A stretch of 64,000 nucleotides of DNA from Octopus vulgaris (lineage: Eukaryota): the NCBI GenBank assembly GCA_951406725.2, contig OX597836.1, positions 992,001 to 1,056,000 on the forward strand, in the 5' to 3' direction. The notes below the pieces were generated by a model. The model was given only the letters and a program-made list of their open reading frames with translations, did not search any database and was not told the origin of the DNA. The position numbers and the translations under genes were made by a program. This document shows positions 1 to 13,128 of the stretch, one piece after another. Every line of letters starts with the position of its first letter. The first letter of the stretch is position 1.

Positions 1-481
1 ACACACACACTCACACGGATTCTCTCCGTGCAACACACACTTTCCCAATTTCTCTCTCCCTCTTTCTTTCTCTCTCTCTCTCTCCATCTTCATCTTTCGA
101 ATATATTCATTTCCCGCCTCTTTCTCATCTCCTCCTCCTCCTCCCCTCATCAAACAGTCTCTCACTTCCGCCCTCGCCCGTCCACAGCTCTACTCTGCCT
201 TCTCCTCACATTATGTCACACTTAATCCCCTCCTAATGCTAATCTCTTTTCACTTTACTGTCGCCATCTTCTTTTCAACCAACCATTTTATCATCAGCCA
301 CACACACACGCACACACACATACACACATGGATATAAACATATGAGAACCCATGCACTCTCGCAAACACATACACACTGAGAGACATAAACACAAAAGTA
401 CCACTATTTACACAGACACACATACACACACACATACATTCGTCGTATACCGTTATTTTAGCCGTCACAGCCACCGCCCTG

Positions 482-515
<34 letters not shown>

Positions 516-1100
516 GTATGCGTGTATGTCTGTGTGCGAGTGTGCGTAGATATACATACGTGTTCGTACTTACAAATATATATATGCATGTATACACGCG
601 TATAAACTTAACATACTTAGTTAAACCGGCGCGCAGAAACGGAGGCATAGACATGTATATAGCAGAATGTACACACACCTAATACATGCACACACATATG
701 TACATATACACTCACCCGAGCGAACGCGTACATAGCACACACGCACGCGCACATATACATATACATACGCATACATATATATGTTTAAACATCCTTTGGC
801 GCATGTATGTATATACATATACCAACGTACAATCATTCCCCTCCTATACATACATAAATAGTTATACACATCCATACACTCACACACCGCTGCATACACA
901 CATACATACGCGCACAACATCGTTCATTCCGACACAAACGTACAGAAAGGTAGTGACACACACACACACACACACAGACCTATTTACACACATACATAAC
1001 TTTACACACCATCCAAACACTTTGTATATAGGCGTACTTCTGCGCAAACACAAGTGTCCGCGTGTGTGCATGGGATTATATATATATATATATGCATAGA

Positions 1101-1149
<49 letters not shown>

Positions 1150-1160
1150 GCACACACTTA
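1..1160. repeat. Compound microsatellite / low-complexity block ((CA)n, (CT)n, (TG)n, (TA)n)
   Basis: Dinucleotide runs are directly visible; all ORFs here are HT/CV/YI repeat translations. Similar blocks recur throughout the window. Confidence 0.95.
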
Positions 1161-1510
1161 CATATGTTATGTGTGTGCGCAGCCGTATGCGTTTATGAGA
1201 AGAAAAAGATGAAAAGCGAATTAAATTGGTTTGGCGCGAAGAAGTGGAAATATCCAGAGATTCCGGTTTTCTAAGGCCTTTGATCATTTAAACCGGACAT
1301 TTTCAAACCACAGTGTCACGTCTGGGCCGCAGGTGTGCCGCCAATTTCCGAGGTGTGTCTACAAATACCAAGATACAGAGAGAACTCCACTGTTTTAATG
1401 TTTCACACCTGTGCATAGCTTTTACTTTTCTGTAAACGACAACGCATGCGCTAACCTCTCGTTCAAAACAGATTCAATACATTCGTGTGTTTGCGCGCGC
1501 GCGCATATAT

Positions 1511-1547
<37 letters not shown>

Positions 1548-1815
1548 CGCAGAGTAGATGAAGCAAAGGCGACTGAAGAAGGGGAATTTTCCTTGTGTTA
1601 TTTGTCCTGTACTCTATTTTTTCGTTGTTTAAAAGAAATGTCCATTTCCTTGGTTTTGTGTTTATGTTTTCGTTTCTCATTGTGTTCGACGTTTTTTTTT
1701 TGTGTCCTGTACCCATATATGCATGTATATATACATGTAGAGGTAGGTACGTACATATATGTATATATATATATATGCATGACGGAACGCACGCATCCAT
1801 TTCTAAGTAAGTTTG

Positions 1816-1857
<42 letters not shown>

Positions 1858-1889
1858 ATACACACCGGAATAAGCACATAAATGTGAAA

Positions 1890-2038
1890 CAAGGTGGAAA
1901 AAATAGTACTCAAATACCAGAGGTAGAGTAATATGCTTTATTTAAAAGCTGCAGAAATATAACAGAAATAACAATATATTGTTATTGTGAAACTCTGAGT
2001 AACAGCTTCTGTTATATTTCTGCTGCTTTTAAATAAAG

Positions 2039-2040
<2 letters not shown>
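1890..2040. mobile_element. Fold-back inverted repeat, probably a Penelope-like element terminal fragment
   Basis: Arms 1936-1967 and 2007-2038 are reverse complements with 1 mismatch; a perfect 20-bp palindrome lies at 1967-1986; flanked by (TA)n. The PLE assignment is inferred from the inverted architecture. Confidence 0.5.
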
Positions 2041-2069
<29 letters not shown>

Positions 2070-2528
2070 ATATATGAAATCTTTTATCTGTTTATGTTTC
2101 AGTCATTGGAAGGCGGCCATGCCGGGATAACACCATGAATTGTTTCTGAAATATGTTTTTTTTTATGTAGTTAGCGATATTTAAAGAAAAAATTTCTCAA
2201 GCTACAAATAACTATATTACAAAGTTCTTAACAATATAAAACAGGTAAGTAGATTACTATCCACCTGGTGGAAGGAAGATTTTGAGTAAGCATTTGCATT
2301 CTATCGATCTATCTATCTATTTATCTATCTATGTTCTTGGTCGAGTCAGCTCCTTGCTACTTTGGGTTTCACCTGTGGGTGTCAAAGGCCTTCGGGCGAT
2401 TTATGACTTGTCTGGTGATCTTGTCCACTTACAGGTAAAACTCAGAGCCGCAAAAGACTGACTCGACCAAACGAAAATAGATTATTAATCTATAAGAGCT
2501 TTCTTTTTTCCGACAGTTAATCCTAAAT

Positions 2529-2572
<44 letters not shown>

Positions 2573-2970
2573 TCTCACTGGTTGCCCAGCAGTTTAGTCT
2601 CCAAAAAACACAAAAAAAACCCAACAACTTTCTCTGTCTTGCTATTTACTGTTGTCTATATCCATCAGGATTTTTTCTAAGCGATTTTTTCTTGTCATTT
2701 GGTCGCAAGGCCGTATTTTGCTCGTTTCGTCTTAAATTACATTTCTTTACTTTCGCATCTCCACTCTGTGTCGTTTTGTATGCTTGAGGCCCGATTCTCT
2801 GCGTCTTTCGCAGGCACCGCCAAGACGGGAAGCCCCCTCCGCCCCCTCAGTCTTATCATTAAAGGTGCAAAACTGAGTATTACCATTCTGGTTGATAACT
2901 GATTAAGAAGAATTAGGGACCCTCTGTGTCTTATACGTTTTGTATCTGTCGTTCTTTATTTATAAAGCAT

Positions 2971-3008
<38 letters not shown>

Positions 3009-3012
<4 letters not shown>

Positions 3013-3525
3013 TGAAGTATATTTGCCACTTAAATGTATCTAACTCTTAAGGGTGGATGCTACTGTAGCTTGTAGCCCCAGGAGGACACCTCCTCCAGGT
3101 GGCTATTGACACACTTTCTGTGCCCTATCAGTATTTGCAAAGGTAAGCCATCCTGCCCATCTCCAACATGACATGATACACACGGATCCGAGTTTCTGAG
3201 TATTGACCCATCATCAGCGTGTGACAATCGCCGGTGGTCGATGTGAAGTGGTTCCCGATGCAAATATATTTATTTCCTTTTTCCAGTGACAAAAAGTCAC
3301 TGATCTCGATAAAGTCTAAACAAGCAATAATAAGTCTCTGAACAAGATAGAGACAGTAGCTGCAACACATCGTGAAGTATATTTGCCACTTAAATGTGGC
3401 CAACCCTTAATGGTGGATGCTACTGTAGCTTGTAGCCCCAGGAGGACACCTCCTCCAGCAGGCTATTGACACACTTTCTGTGCCCTATCAGTATTTGCAA
3501 AGGGAAGCCATCCTTCCCATCTCCA
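3009..3525 (-). repeat. 157-bp direct repeat pair (3009-3165 and 3369-3525), probably duplicated non-LTR retrotransposon 3' ends
   Basis: ATCGTGAAGTATATTTGCCACTTAAATGT...CCCATCTCCA occurs twice at an exact 360-bp period with few substitutions. Confidence 0.75.
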
Positions 3526-5148
3526 GAAACTCGGGGTCAGTGTGAAACTCGGGGCCGCAAGGTGCAGATCAAGGAAAATATTGATGTGAATATGGGTTGA
3601 ACGAAATGGATGGAGATGATTGAAACTTAGAGGGACAAGGGAAAACGGGGCCAATGGCATAGTTTTGGGAGCCATTCTGAGCCATTCTCAGACTGGAATT
3701 TGTTGAAGACAGAGAAGGGCCTGGTGGTGGTGGTGGAGGGTGTAAAACGATGAGTGCGATATGGAATTGGGTGTGAACACACATTCATACACACTCACAT
3801 ACTAATACATACAGACAGACATATGCACATTAATACACGCATGTGCATACGTGCTTAAAGTACATACAAACATACGCACATGTGAGTGTGTGTGTGTGTG
3901 TGTGTGTAAAGAGAGAGGGGGGAAGGAGACACGTTATCTAATCATAGGAGGAGATACAATGCTAAGCAATGCAGCAAAGTATGGCACAACAAAGCAACCG
4001 AGAAGTTCTTTTTTTTTTTTGACGTCTGGGAAATAGCAGCCAATTGCGAGCCTTCGCTATTGACTTCGAGGAAACGGGGTGATATTTGAGATGATATAGT
4101 ATGGGGTCACGAGACGCTCATAAGAGGTGAGGTAGTCATGGATGAAATGTCTTTGATCCCTGGTGTATTTGATCAGAGCCAACCTGGGGCTTAAACAATG
4201 CTGCGACAGATTATATCCCAAAATGAATGACATACCAGCAAAATACAACATCAAAATTAACGCCATAACAACACAGAACACAACACAACAGGATTTCAGA
4301 CACAACGGAGAAACGCACAACATAATATATCACCTAACACACACACACACACAGCACACACACACTCACAGCACAACATAAGAGAGGACAGGAGCCGAGG
4401 CAAGATCCCACTCCATAACCCCCTTCCCTCCCCCCAAGAAACTGCCAAACAACGCCGCAGCACATCCTCGCACAGCACCACTCTCACCATTCGACGCATC
4501 ACCTGATAAATCTCACAACACACCATTCCACAACAATACAAGGCCACACTTCAACACAACCACGCTACATATCACCACTCTGTCACACAACACACAAACA
4601 ACGGACCTCACAACACTTCACAACACACCACCATCCCCCCACCCCCGCCTCGAAGGCTGACATTGAGATTTCGCCAGTCAATTCACTAAACATTTTCTCT
4701 AATCTCTCCACTCAATTCTAGAAGTTTCCATCGATTTTTCTCCAATAATTTCATCTCACAGACTCAAACTGTTTCCTGCAATAAGCTTTCTCTTCTTCCG
4801 CCAGCCATTTCCTCCACCCAGCTTTCCTTCTACCATCACTCTCTCTCTCTCTCTCTCCACATTCAATCACACACCTGCACATAGACATGGACACACAGAC
4901 ACACGCACACACCTACTCTAACTCTCCTCCATTCACCCCCACCTACTTTTCTCTGTAACTCAACATTTTTTTCTCTTTACACGTCTCCCTTCCTCATTCT
5001 TTCACTCTCTCCACTTCCTCTTTCTCTCTCTTTCTACCTCTCTCTTTCTCAACCACACTCTCCATTTTCTCTCTCTCTCTCTCACTGTTTTTCCCTTTTT
5101 TTTCTTTTTATTCTACCTCTGCTTCTCTCTCACTCATTTCTCACTCAT

Positions 5149-5185
<37 letters not shown>

Positions 5186-5869
5186 TTCACCTTTTCGTAA
5201 ATTAACAACTTCCTTCTACTTTATGTTTCTGTGTGTGTGTGTGTGTGTGTGTGTACATATGGACGTGTTTCTACGACTGTATGTGTGTGTGTGTGTGCTT
5301 CTTTCTGTGTGCAGTTCTATGTATATATCTGGTGTGTGTGTGTGTGTGTCTCTTTACACGAATGAATTTGCGTTTTGTTCCTGTAAACGTGTGTGTGTCT
5401 ACGCGAATGCATCTGTCTGTGCAGTTCTGGTTATTTGTGTGTGCGTGTGTTTGTTCGCTGATAGCTTTACGTGTATCTCTTGTACGCTTATGTGATTCCC
5501 TCTGTCTGTGTGAGTGTATGCATTTCTAGGAATCTGAGTGTCTGTCCCTTTGTGCTTGTGTGTGTGTGTGTGTGTGTGTGAGCGTGTATGCGCAAGCGGG
5601 CAGTTTTGCGAGTGTGTGTGTTAGTATCGTCGTGTGTGTGTATGTGTGTGTGTGTGCGTGAGTGTAAGCTTTTTTTGTGCTTGTTTCTACGTTTGCTCTT
5701 TCGTCATTTAATAAATATTTCTTTATTTATTTCTTTTCCTCATTTAACAAACGACAAAATTGTTTGTTTTTCGAACTGAAACAGTTACATTGCGGTAGAG
5801 TCACTTTAGCCACATAATGCACACACGCACCGCTATATTATTTTCTTTTCCGTTTTGCATATGGAAGTG

Positions 5870-6010
5870 GAGTGAAGGAATTGGCAGAGCGTCGTACCAA
5901 TGTCTTTTGGAATTTGTTCCGGGTCTCTGTGATCTGAGTTCAAATCCCAACATAATCAAGTCTACCGTTCAGCCTACCGGGTATCGATAAAATAAAATAA
6001 AGGTCAAGTT
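5870..6010 (+). mobile_element. Degenerate tRNA-derived SINE, family B
   Basis: TTGGCAGAGCG...CTGAGTTCAAATCCC...GTATCGATAAAATAA aligns by eye to the family B copy at 49091. Confidence 0.55.
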
Positions 6011-6178
6011 TTGGCGTCAAATTTCATTATCGCAGCCTATGTTGACGGAGCTCATTCTCTCGCTCGCTCATGCTATCAGCTCCAGTATGGCCAAAGAATT
6101 CGGCTTCAGCTCCATACACACACAAATAACTAGAAATGCACAAACGCGTTCACGCATACACACAGACACACGCGCGGA

Positions 6179-6255
<77 letters not shown>

Positions 6256-6413
6256 ATGCAGCTTCACAGCGTCAATAACTAACTTAGCATCACATTCAAC
6301 AACGATCACTTTTATGCGCATGAGGGTTTTCCTTTAACCAATCTTCTCCTAACAAAGCATCATCCAGGAATCGCCCCAGACACTAGACAACAAATCCACA
6401 TGGATTTCATGAA

Positions 6414-6459
6414 CAGGGTTGGCATATCTCCATCTGCCGATGGAGATATGCTAACCTTG
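6414..6459. repeat. 21-bp-stem hairpin with 4-nt loop
   Basis: CAGGGTTGGCATATCTCCATC-tgcc-GATGGAGATATGCTAACCTTG; both mismatches are G-U wobbles in plus-strand RNA. Confidence 0.9.
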
Positions 6460-7311
6460 CACCAACAAGAAACCATTAACACCTCTCAAAGCATGAATAT
6501 ACCATCGCACCACATTCCCATCAACATTGAAGGGCACTGAACGAAATCCCTCTTAATCGTGCCAAATGCTGGGTCTCGCTGCCCTCGAGGATCCCTCTTT
6601 TGGCCAAATGCAATTCCGAAACATAGCTGACACCGTATCCCAACGACTTTTGTATTCAGGGCCAGAAGACACTTCAGCCCAGCCCGACAATAGACCTTCT
6701 ACAAAGCGCAGACAAGACAAAATCGATGTGATTGCCATAAAATGTGTCAGGGTGGATCTAAACAATTTGAGCTGAAGAAAATGGACAACAAACTAATTAT
6801 ATTCTGCCATCAACAGACACATTTGTCCAATGCATGGCAAAATCAAAATCCTTAGGGTCCCCGTTTTGTGACTTCAAAGCAAAATCCGAGCCGGGATTCA
6901 TTCCCGTATTCATCGCAAATAGATGCAATTTTGATATTTTCTAATCCTTTTCCTCAAATAATCATACGCAGAAATCGACTGGTGTGACCATCACAAAGCC
7001 CCAAAAGGAGGCCTCTAATGGAATGTTGCTGTCATATCTTGGAGTGTAATATTGATCCACGCACAAAATCCTTGGCTTCTTTCCTAAAATTGTCAACTGA
7101 ATAATTGCAATAAACTCCCTCAGCGAGAGACTCCAATCTCTGGAAGACAACTCCACTGTGTCCTCTCTCTCTCTCTGACTTTTCCATCTCATCTCTAGAA
7201 ATAGATTTACACTCTTCACAATTGGCTCGGCTCATACGAACCGCCACTCTTCAACTCGTGTGAATGAGTGTGTGTGTGTGTGTGTGGGGGGGCGTGTGTA
7301 AAGAGGAACGT

Positions 7312-7351
<40 letters not shown>

Positions 7352-7512
7352 ACGTTCAGTTCAATATGAAAACTCCACCAGAATACACGAAAGCGCTAAT
7401 ATATGATATAAGTTATATGATGTATAAAAACATGTAATATACAAATAAATATCTGTAAATATAAAACCATCCGAATTTCTTCTAATATGAAATACCTGTA
7501 CATCATCTCCAA

Positions 7513-7579
<67 letters not shown>

Positions 7580-8039
7580 ATCAATGCTTACATACACACT
7601 CACGCACACACAGAGAAAACACATCACTCAAGCCGATAAGTTCCGTTAGCTTCGGCTTCGTCGAATTCCTGAACAATGTAACAACACCGTGAGTCCCGGA
7701 AGAGATACGTAACCTGAAAGACATAGTTTAATGAGTACACATTTACCTATGTGTGTATGTGCGTGTGTGTGTGTGTGTGTACATCTGAGTGCGAGTGGGC
7801 GCGTGCTTTTTCTGTGTTAGTCTATGTGTGTATGTATACATATATATATATGTATCTACCTATCAATAAATGTGTCTATTTACACACACTCACACAACTA
7901 TATTGATGTAGAAATCAACTCTTGTCCCTACTTAACAGGACCCTGCTCATGGTTCAGTGACTGCAATTGTATTTGCGTGGGAATATTAAGGATCTGAAAA
8001 GGAGACCAAATCTATCTAAAGTTCAGCCTATCAACAAAA

Positions 8040-8500
8040 TCAATATATATAAATATATATGTAGATGTATGTATATATATGCACATATATCTATATGTAT
8101 ATATATATGTATACATATATATGTGTGTGTATATATATATATATATATATGTATTCATATATATACATATATGTATATATATATATACACATATATGTAT
8201 GCATATATATATACGTATACATATATATACATATATATGTATGCATATATATATACGTATACATATATATACATATATATGTATGCATATATATATACGT
8301 ATACATATATATACATATATGTAAATATATACATATATTTACACATATATATGCATATATGTATTCATATGTATATATATGTATACACATGTATATACAT
8401 ATATATGCATACATATATATGTGAATATATATGCAAACATATATGTATAGATAGATATATATATATATGCATACACACACACACATATATATATATATAT
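8040..8500. repeat. AT-rich microsatellite with a higher-order 42-bp unit
   Basis: The translation shows [14 protein letters not shown] repeated about 3 times, i.e. a 42-bp minisatellite inside (TA)n-derived sequence. Confidence 0.8.
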
Positions 8501-8689
8501 TTTCTTTCTCCGTCTTCCCTTCCTCGGACCTTTCCTTCAGTTTCTGAAACATTAACTCCTCCTTCTTTCTTTCCTTTCCTGAGCGTCCAATAACACTATA
8601 CTTGTTCCATGTCCTCGCGTTGTTGTGTTTTCTCTTTGCGTTTTCATGTTTGGATTAACTATACATACATATATATAAATATATATATA

Positions 8690-9335
8690 TCTTTTACCTT
8701 TTACTTTGTTCAGCCATTAGCCTGTGGCCATGATGGGGCAGTGCCTCGAGGAATTTTAGTCGAATGTATCCGCCGCAACACTTTGCCTCAAAGCCAGGTA
8801 CTTATTCTATCAGTCTCTTTTGCTAAACCGTTAAGTTACGGGATATAAACGCACCAACACAGTGGTGGTGGTGGGAGACAAACACAGACACAAAGACACA
8901 CACATATATAAATATAGGACAGTGGTATAACAATGCACCACCATTTACTGGAAATAGCAGACTACGTGTCTCTCTCTCTCTCTCTCTATATATATATAGA
9001 GACACGATGGGCTTCGGGCTTCTTTCAATTTCCGTCTACCAAGTCTACTCAAAAAGCTTTGGTCGGCTCGAGGCTATAGAAGACACTTGCCCAAAGTGCC
9101 ACATGGTGGGATCGAACCCCGAAACATGTGGTTGGGAAGTAAACGTCTTACCTATATCTATGAATGTATGTATAATCATATATAATAATACATACAAACA
9201 TACACACATACATTATATATCTATTATATACGACAGGCTTCTTTCAGTTTCCGTCTATAAAACCACTCACAAGGCTTTGGTCGGCCCCAAGCTATGGTAG
9301 AAGACACTTGCCCGGGGTACTACGCAGTGGGACTG
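8690..9335 (-). mobile_element. tRNA-derived SINE family A, one copy plus an adjacent partial copy
   Basis: CCGTCTAC(C/T)AA...GCTTTGGTCGGC...AGAAGACACTTGCCC blocks match the copies at 11600 and 12735; internal microsatellite. Confidence 0.85.
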
Positions 9336-10356
9336 ATGATGTTTTATGATGTTTTTGCAGATTTAATAATAAGGTACACACACACACACACACACTTATG
9401 ATACATCACATTATATTATAATATATATAATCTATGGAAAAATTCTTTTTTTTTTCAGTGATTGAAATCGAACCCACGACCTCATTGTAATTATGCAAGT
9501 TTTTGTCTCAAAATTTTCTGGAATGATTTAAAGCTTTCTTCGCAATATAGTTTCCTGTTGCAAATAAAATGTAACGAAATAAATAAAGAAAACTCGCTTG
9601 GAAATATGAAAAACTTTTACAATAAGGATAAAAGTAGAGAATGGCTTTGTCGGTAAAACAGCCTCCGTTATTCACACACGAGTGTGTGTGTGTGTGTATA
9701 TGTATATGTATTCTTCACTCAAGCACACGCACAAGCATGCGTCAGTGTGTGTGTGTGTGTGTTTTTCGGGGTGGAGTGTCTTTTGTGTTTTGTTAAGATA
9801 TCTGTGACTTGTCTGTCGTCTGGAGATGTTGAACGATTTAGATACCATCTGTGACAGGGAATTACTTGTAGGGGCACACCCCCACCCCCACCACCACCAC
9901 TTTTGTAGCAGATGCGTCTGTAACAATACCACCAGCAGCAGCAGCAGCAACAAGAACAATGATGGCTACGGTAAGAAGAACATCGCTAATAAGAATCTGA
10001 AGAAACGGCATCGTTGGTTTTTTGTCCTTTTTGTTTTGTTTTTGTGTCGTTGCTAAGAAGTGACTCCACAGCAACGAACCAATCAGCCAATTAACCAGTA
10101 ATTAACCAACCAACCAACCAACGTCGCATGCTAGTAAAAGCAAGCGATGCCAATGACAAAGTTTTCGGCTCTGTGGTTCTGTTGTCTTCCGAATTCCTTC
10201 CCTCAACCTTTGGGTCCTTTCCAGGGGTTTTACCTTTCAAAATTCTCTTTCACTTTGTAAACACGCGCGCGCATGCGCAGACACTTTTGTTTTCCATAAT
10301 GCGTGCGCATGTTCGTGCGTGTGTCTGGGGCTTGTAACTGTGTTCCTATGCGAGAA

Positions 10357-10660
10357 GGCGCCTGGTTTAGTGCTTTGTATATTCGGCTTACGATCGCAAG
10401 GCTGTGAGTTCGATTCCAGCCGGTGCGTTGTGTTCTTGAGCAAAACACTTCATTTCACTCAGCTGGCAAAAGTGAGTCGCGCCTGCAATTCAAAGACTCA
10501 GCTTTGTCCCGTTCTGTGTCACGCTGAATCTCCCCGAGAACTACGTTAAAGATATGCAGGTCTGTGGAGTACTCAGCCACTTGCATGTTTATTTCTCGAG
10601 CAGGCTGTTCCGTCGATCAGATCAACTGCAACAGTCATCGTCCCAAGCGACGAAGGGCCT
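10357..10660 (+). mobile_element. tRNA-derived SINE (family D-like head, CORE-like centre)
   Basis: GGCGCCTGGTTTAGTG (A box)...GAGTTCGATTCC (B box)...TTGTGTTCTTGAGCAAAACACTT shared with the 61280 copy; its 3' body differs from that copy. Confidence 0.8.
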
Positions 10661-11549
10661 AGCTATGTCCGTGTAAATGATTCTGTGGGTGATATACGGT
10701 CGTACAAATATATGCATGCCTACGCGTCTGTATACACACGAACGTATATCCATATACACACACACGTATATATATACACACACACACCTACATACACCCT
10801 CATCCACATATACATTTACATTAATAAGTAGCTTGCTATTTATATTTAAAAGCGTTCAATCAAAGATGACATCAGATTTGTTCGATCAATTAAGCTGTCC
10901 TTTAAGCCGAATGTTTTTTTCAGCTCCACTGGTGCTTAAAAGATACGACCTACATCGCTGTTCAGAGGTTATGATGAGACACTCAACTCGTACGCCATAC
11001 ACGGAGTAGCCTACCCCCCAGCCCCACACTCCCACCTAATACTTATATTCCATCATCATCATTCCTCCCCCTCCTCTTCCTAACGGAATTCCTTTTCCTA
11101 TGTATGAAAGATTCCCTCTTAACGATAATAAAGTGATTCTTGTCCTGGCAAAAGGTGTTTAAACGTTCGCATGGTTTTCGGTTTTCTTAAAAAGTTCGTT
11201 TAATAATTTATGTTTTTGCATCGCTCATAATGATTTCAGAAACGAGATGTTCTCATAAAGACAAAATGAATAAATACATGATGAAAAATAAAAAAAGAAA
11301 GGTTTGAGCAATTACTATACACCCACCCACGCCCACCCCCACTCATATGTTTGTTAATGTTGGATTTTATTTTATGTTCAGTTAAAATAAAAACAATTTT
11401 TCATTTTTCTGATTGGCTTCTTTTGTAGAATAGAAATTTATTATTCTTTGACAAGAATATTATTGATAGGGACTTTGAAGTTTCGACCAGCCATCGTCGG
11501 CAGTCCGGTGATGTCTGTCTGTCTGTCTATATGCATGTCCACACACACA

Positions 11550-11590
<41 letters not shown>

Positions 11591-11599
11591 TTTTTTGTT

Positions 11600-11791
11600 T
11601 CTTTTACTTTTCTTTTATTTGTTTCAATTATTTAACTGCGGCCCTGCTGGAGCACCGCCTTTAGTCGAACAAATCAACCCCAGGACTTATTCTTTGTAAG
11701 CCTAATACTTATTCTATTGTTCTCTTTTGCCAAACCGCTAAGTTACGGGTACGTGGACACACCAACATCGGTTGTCAAGCGATGGTGCGAG

Positions 11792-11830
<39 letters not shown>

Positions 11831-11995
11831 TTCAACGGGCTTCTTTCAGTTTCCGTCTACTAAATCCACTCACAAGGCTTTGGTTGGCCCAAGGCTATAG
11901 TAGAAGATACTTGCCCAAGATGCCACACAGTGGGATTGAACGTGGAACCATGTGGTTGGTAAGCAAGCTACTTACCACACAGCCACTCCTGCGCC
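11600..11995 (-). mobile_element. tRNA-derived SINE family A, full length
   Basis: The minus strand begins GGCGCAGGAGTGGCTGTGTGGTAAG (A box)...GTTCAATCCC (B box); internal (TG)n; A-rich tail. Confidence 0.9.
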
Positions 11996-12009
11996 TATTA
12001 TATATATAT

Positions 12010-12112
12010 AGTTCAAATTTACAGAAAAAAAACGAAGACAGGTGTAAGAACAGCAAACAGGTGTATCAGTTTAACGCTCGAGAAGAATGGAAAAGTCTTT
12101 ACGTTTCGAGAC
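12010..12112 (-). mobile_element. Possible Penelope-like terminal repeat fragment
   Basis: Minus strand CTCGAAACGTAAAGAC...GAGCGTTAAACTG resembles plus-strand 8545-8600 (GAAACATTAAC...GAGCGTCCAATAAC); the GAAAC half of a hammerhead core is retained. Confidence 0.35.
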
Positions 12113-12734
12113 GGCAGACTTTAAGAAACAGCGGTGAAGGAAAGAACAAGAAAACAGAATGGTCCCCTCCCCATTTAAGATGAGGCAAGCAATGAGGTGG
12201 AGCAAACGGTCCTCCTTTTACACACACGCTGGAAAGACATGAGGATTTCCACAAATTTCCACCAATGTTTCCGGAAAAAATCTGCAGTTTATCAAAGAGA
12301 CGGCTTCTGATTCCATGGACTGTACAAGAAATCGAATATTAATAAATACCTTCGAACAAAACTACAGACAAGAACCTGTAATTGAGACGTGGCTGTTGTC
12401 TTGTTTGCTCGTTTCTAGAATTGATTAGGGTCAGTTTTAGAAGGAGCATCTATGTGGACTTGAGGCCAGAAAAATAGGGTCGCAGAAGAAAGTGGTCAAG
12501 TTTGCTGGAAAGGTGGAAAAAACTCGGTTGCAATATTCTCAAATGACTGAATGAGACACCTTGACTTTTCATTTGTTTATATTTATTTACTTCTTTTAAT
12601 TATTGTTTTTATATAATTAAAAAAAAAATTTGTCTCGTTAATATATAACATCCCGTACCCCGCCCCTTGTTTTGTAATTTTATATACTTTTCTCTTTCGC
12701 CTGTTTTGGTCCCTATCATGCTTATTATATACTC

Positions 12735-13128
12735 TTTCTTTACTCTTTACTCTTTTACTTGTTTCAGTCATTTGAACACCGCCTTTAGTCGAGCAACACC
12801 GCCTGGAACACCGCCTTTAGTCAAGCAACTCAATCCTGGGACTTATTCATTGTAAGCCCAGCACTTATTCTATCGGTAAGTGACGGGGACATAAACACAC
12901 CAGCATCGGTTGTCAAGCAATGCTAGGGGGACAAACACAAACATACACGCACACATATATATATACGACGGGCTTCTTTCAGTTTCCATCTACCAAATCC
13001 ACTCACAAGGCTTTGGTCGGCCCGAGTCTATAGTAGAAGACACTTGCCCAAGGTGCCACGCAGTGGGACTGAACCTGGAACCATGTGGTTGGTTAGCAAG
13101 CTACTTACCACACAGCCACTCCTGCGCC
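12735..13128 (-). mobile_element. tRNA-derived SINE family A, full length
   Basis: Minus-strand head GGCGCAGGAGTGGCTGTGTGG...GGTTCAGTCCCAC; (GAGTAAAA)-like tail; small internal duplication at 12775-12830. Confidence 0.9.

Noticed and set aside
6500-7250. Possible decayed LINE ORF2 (QDKIDVIAI resembles an AP-endonuclease motif)
   Set aside because: Only isolated short motifs; the family cannot be supported without a search.
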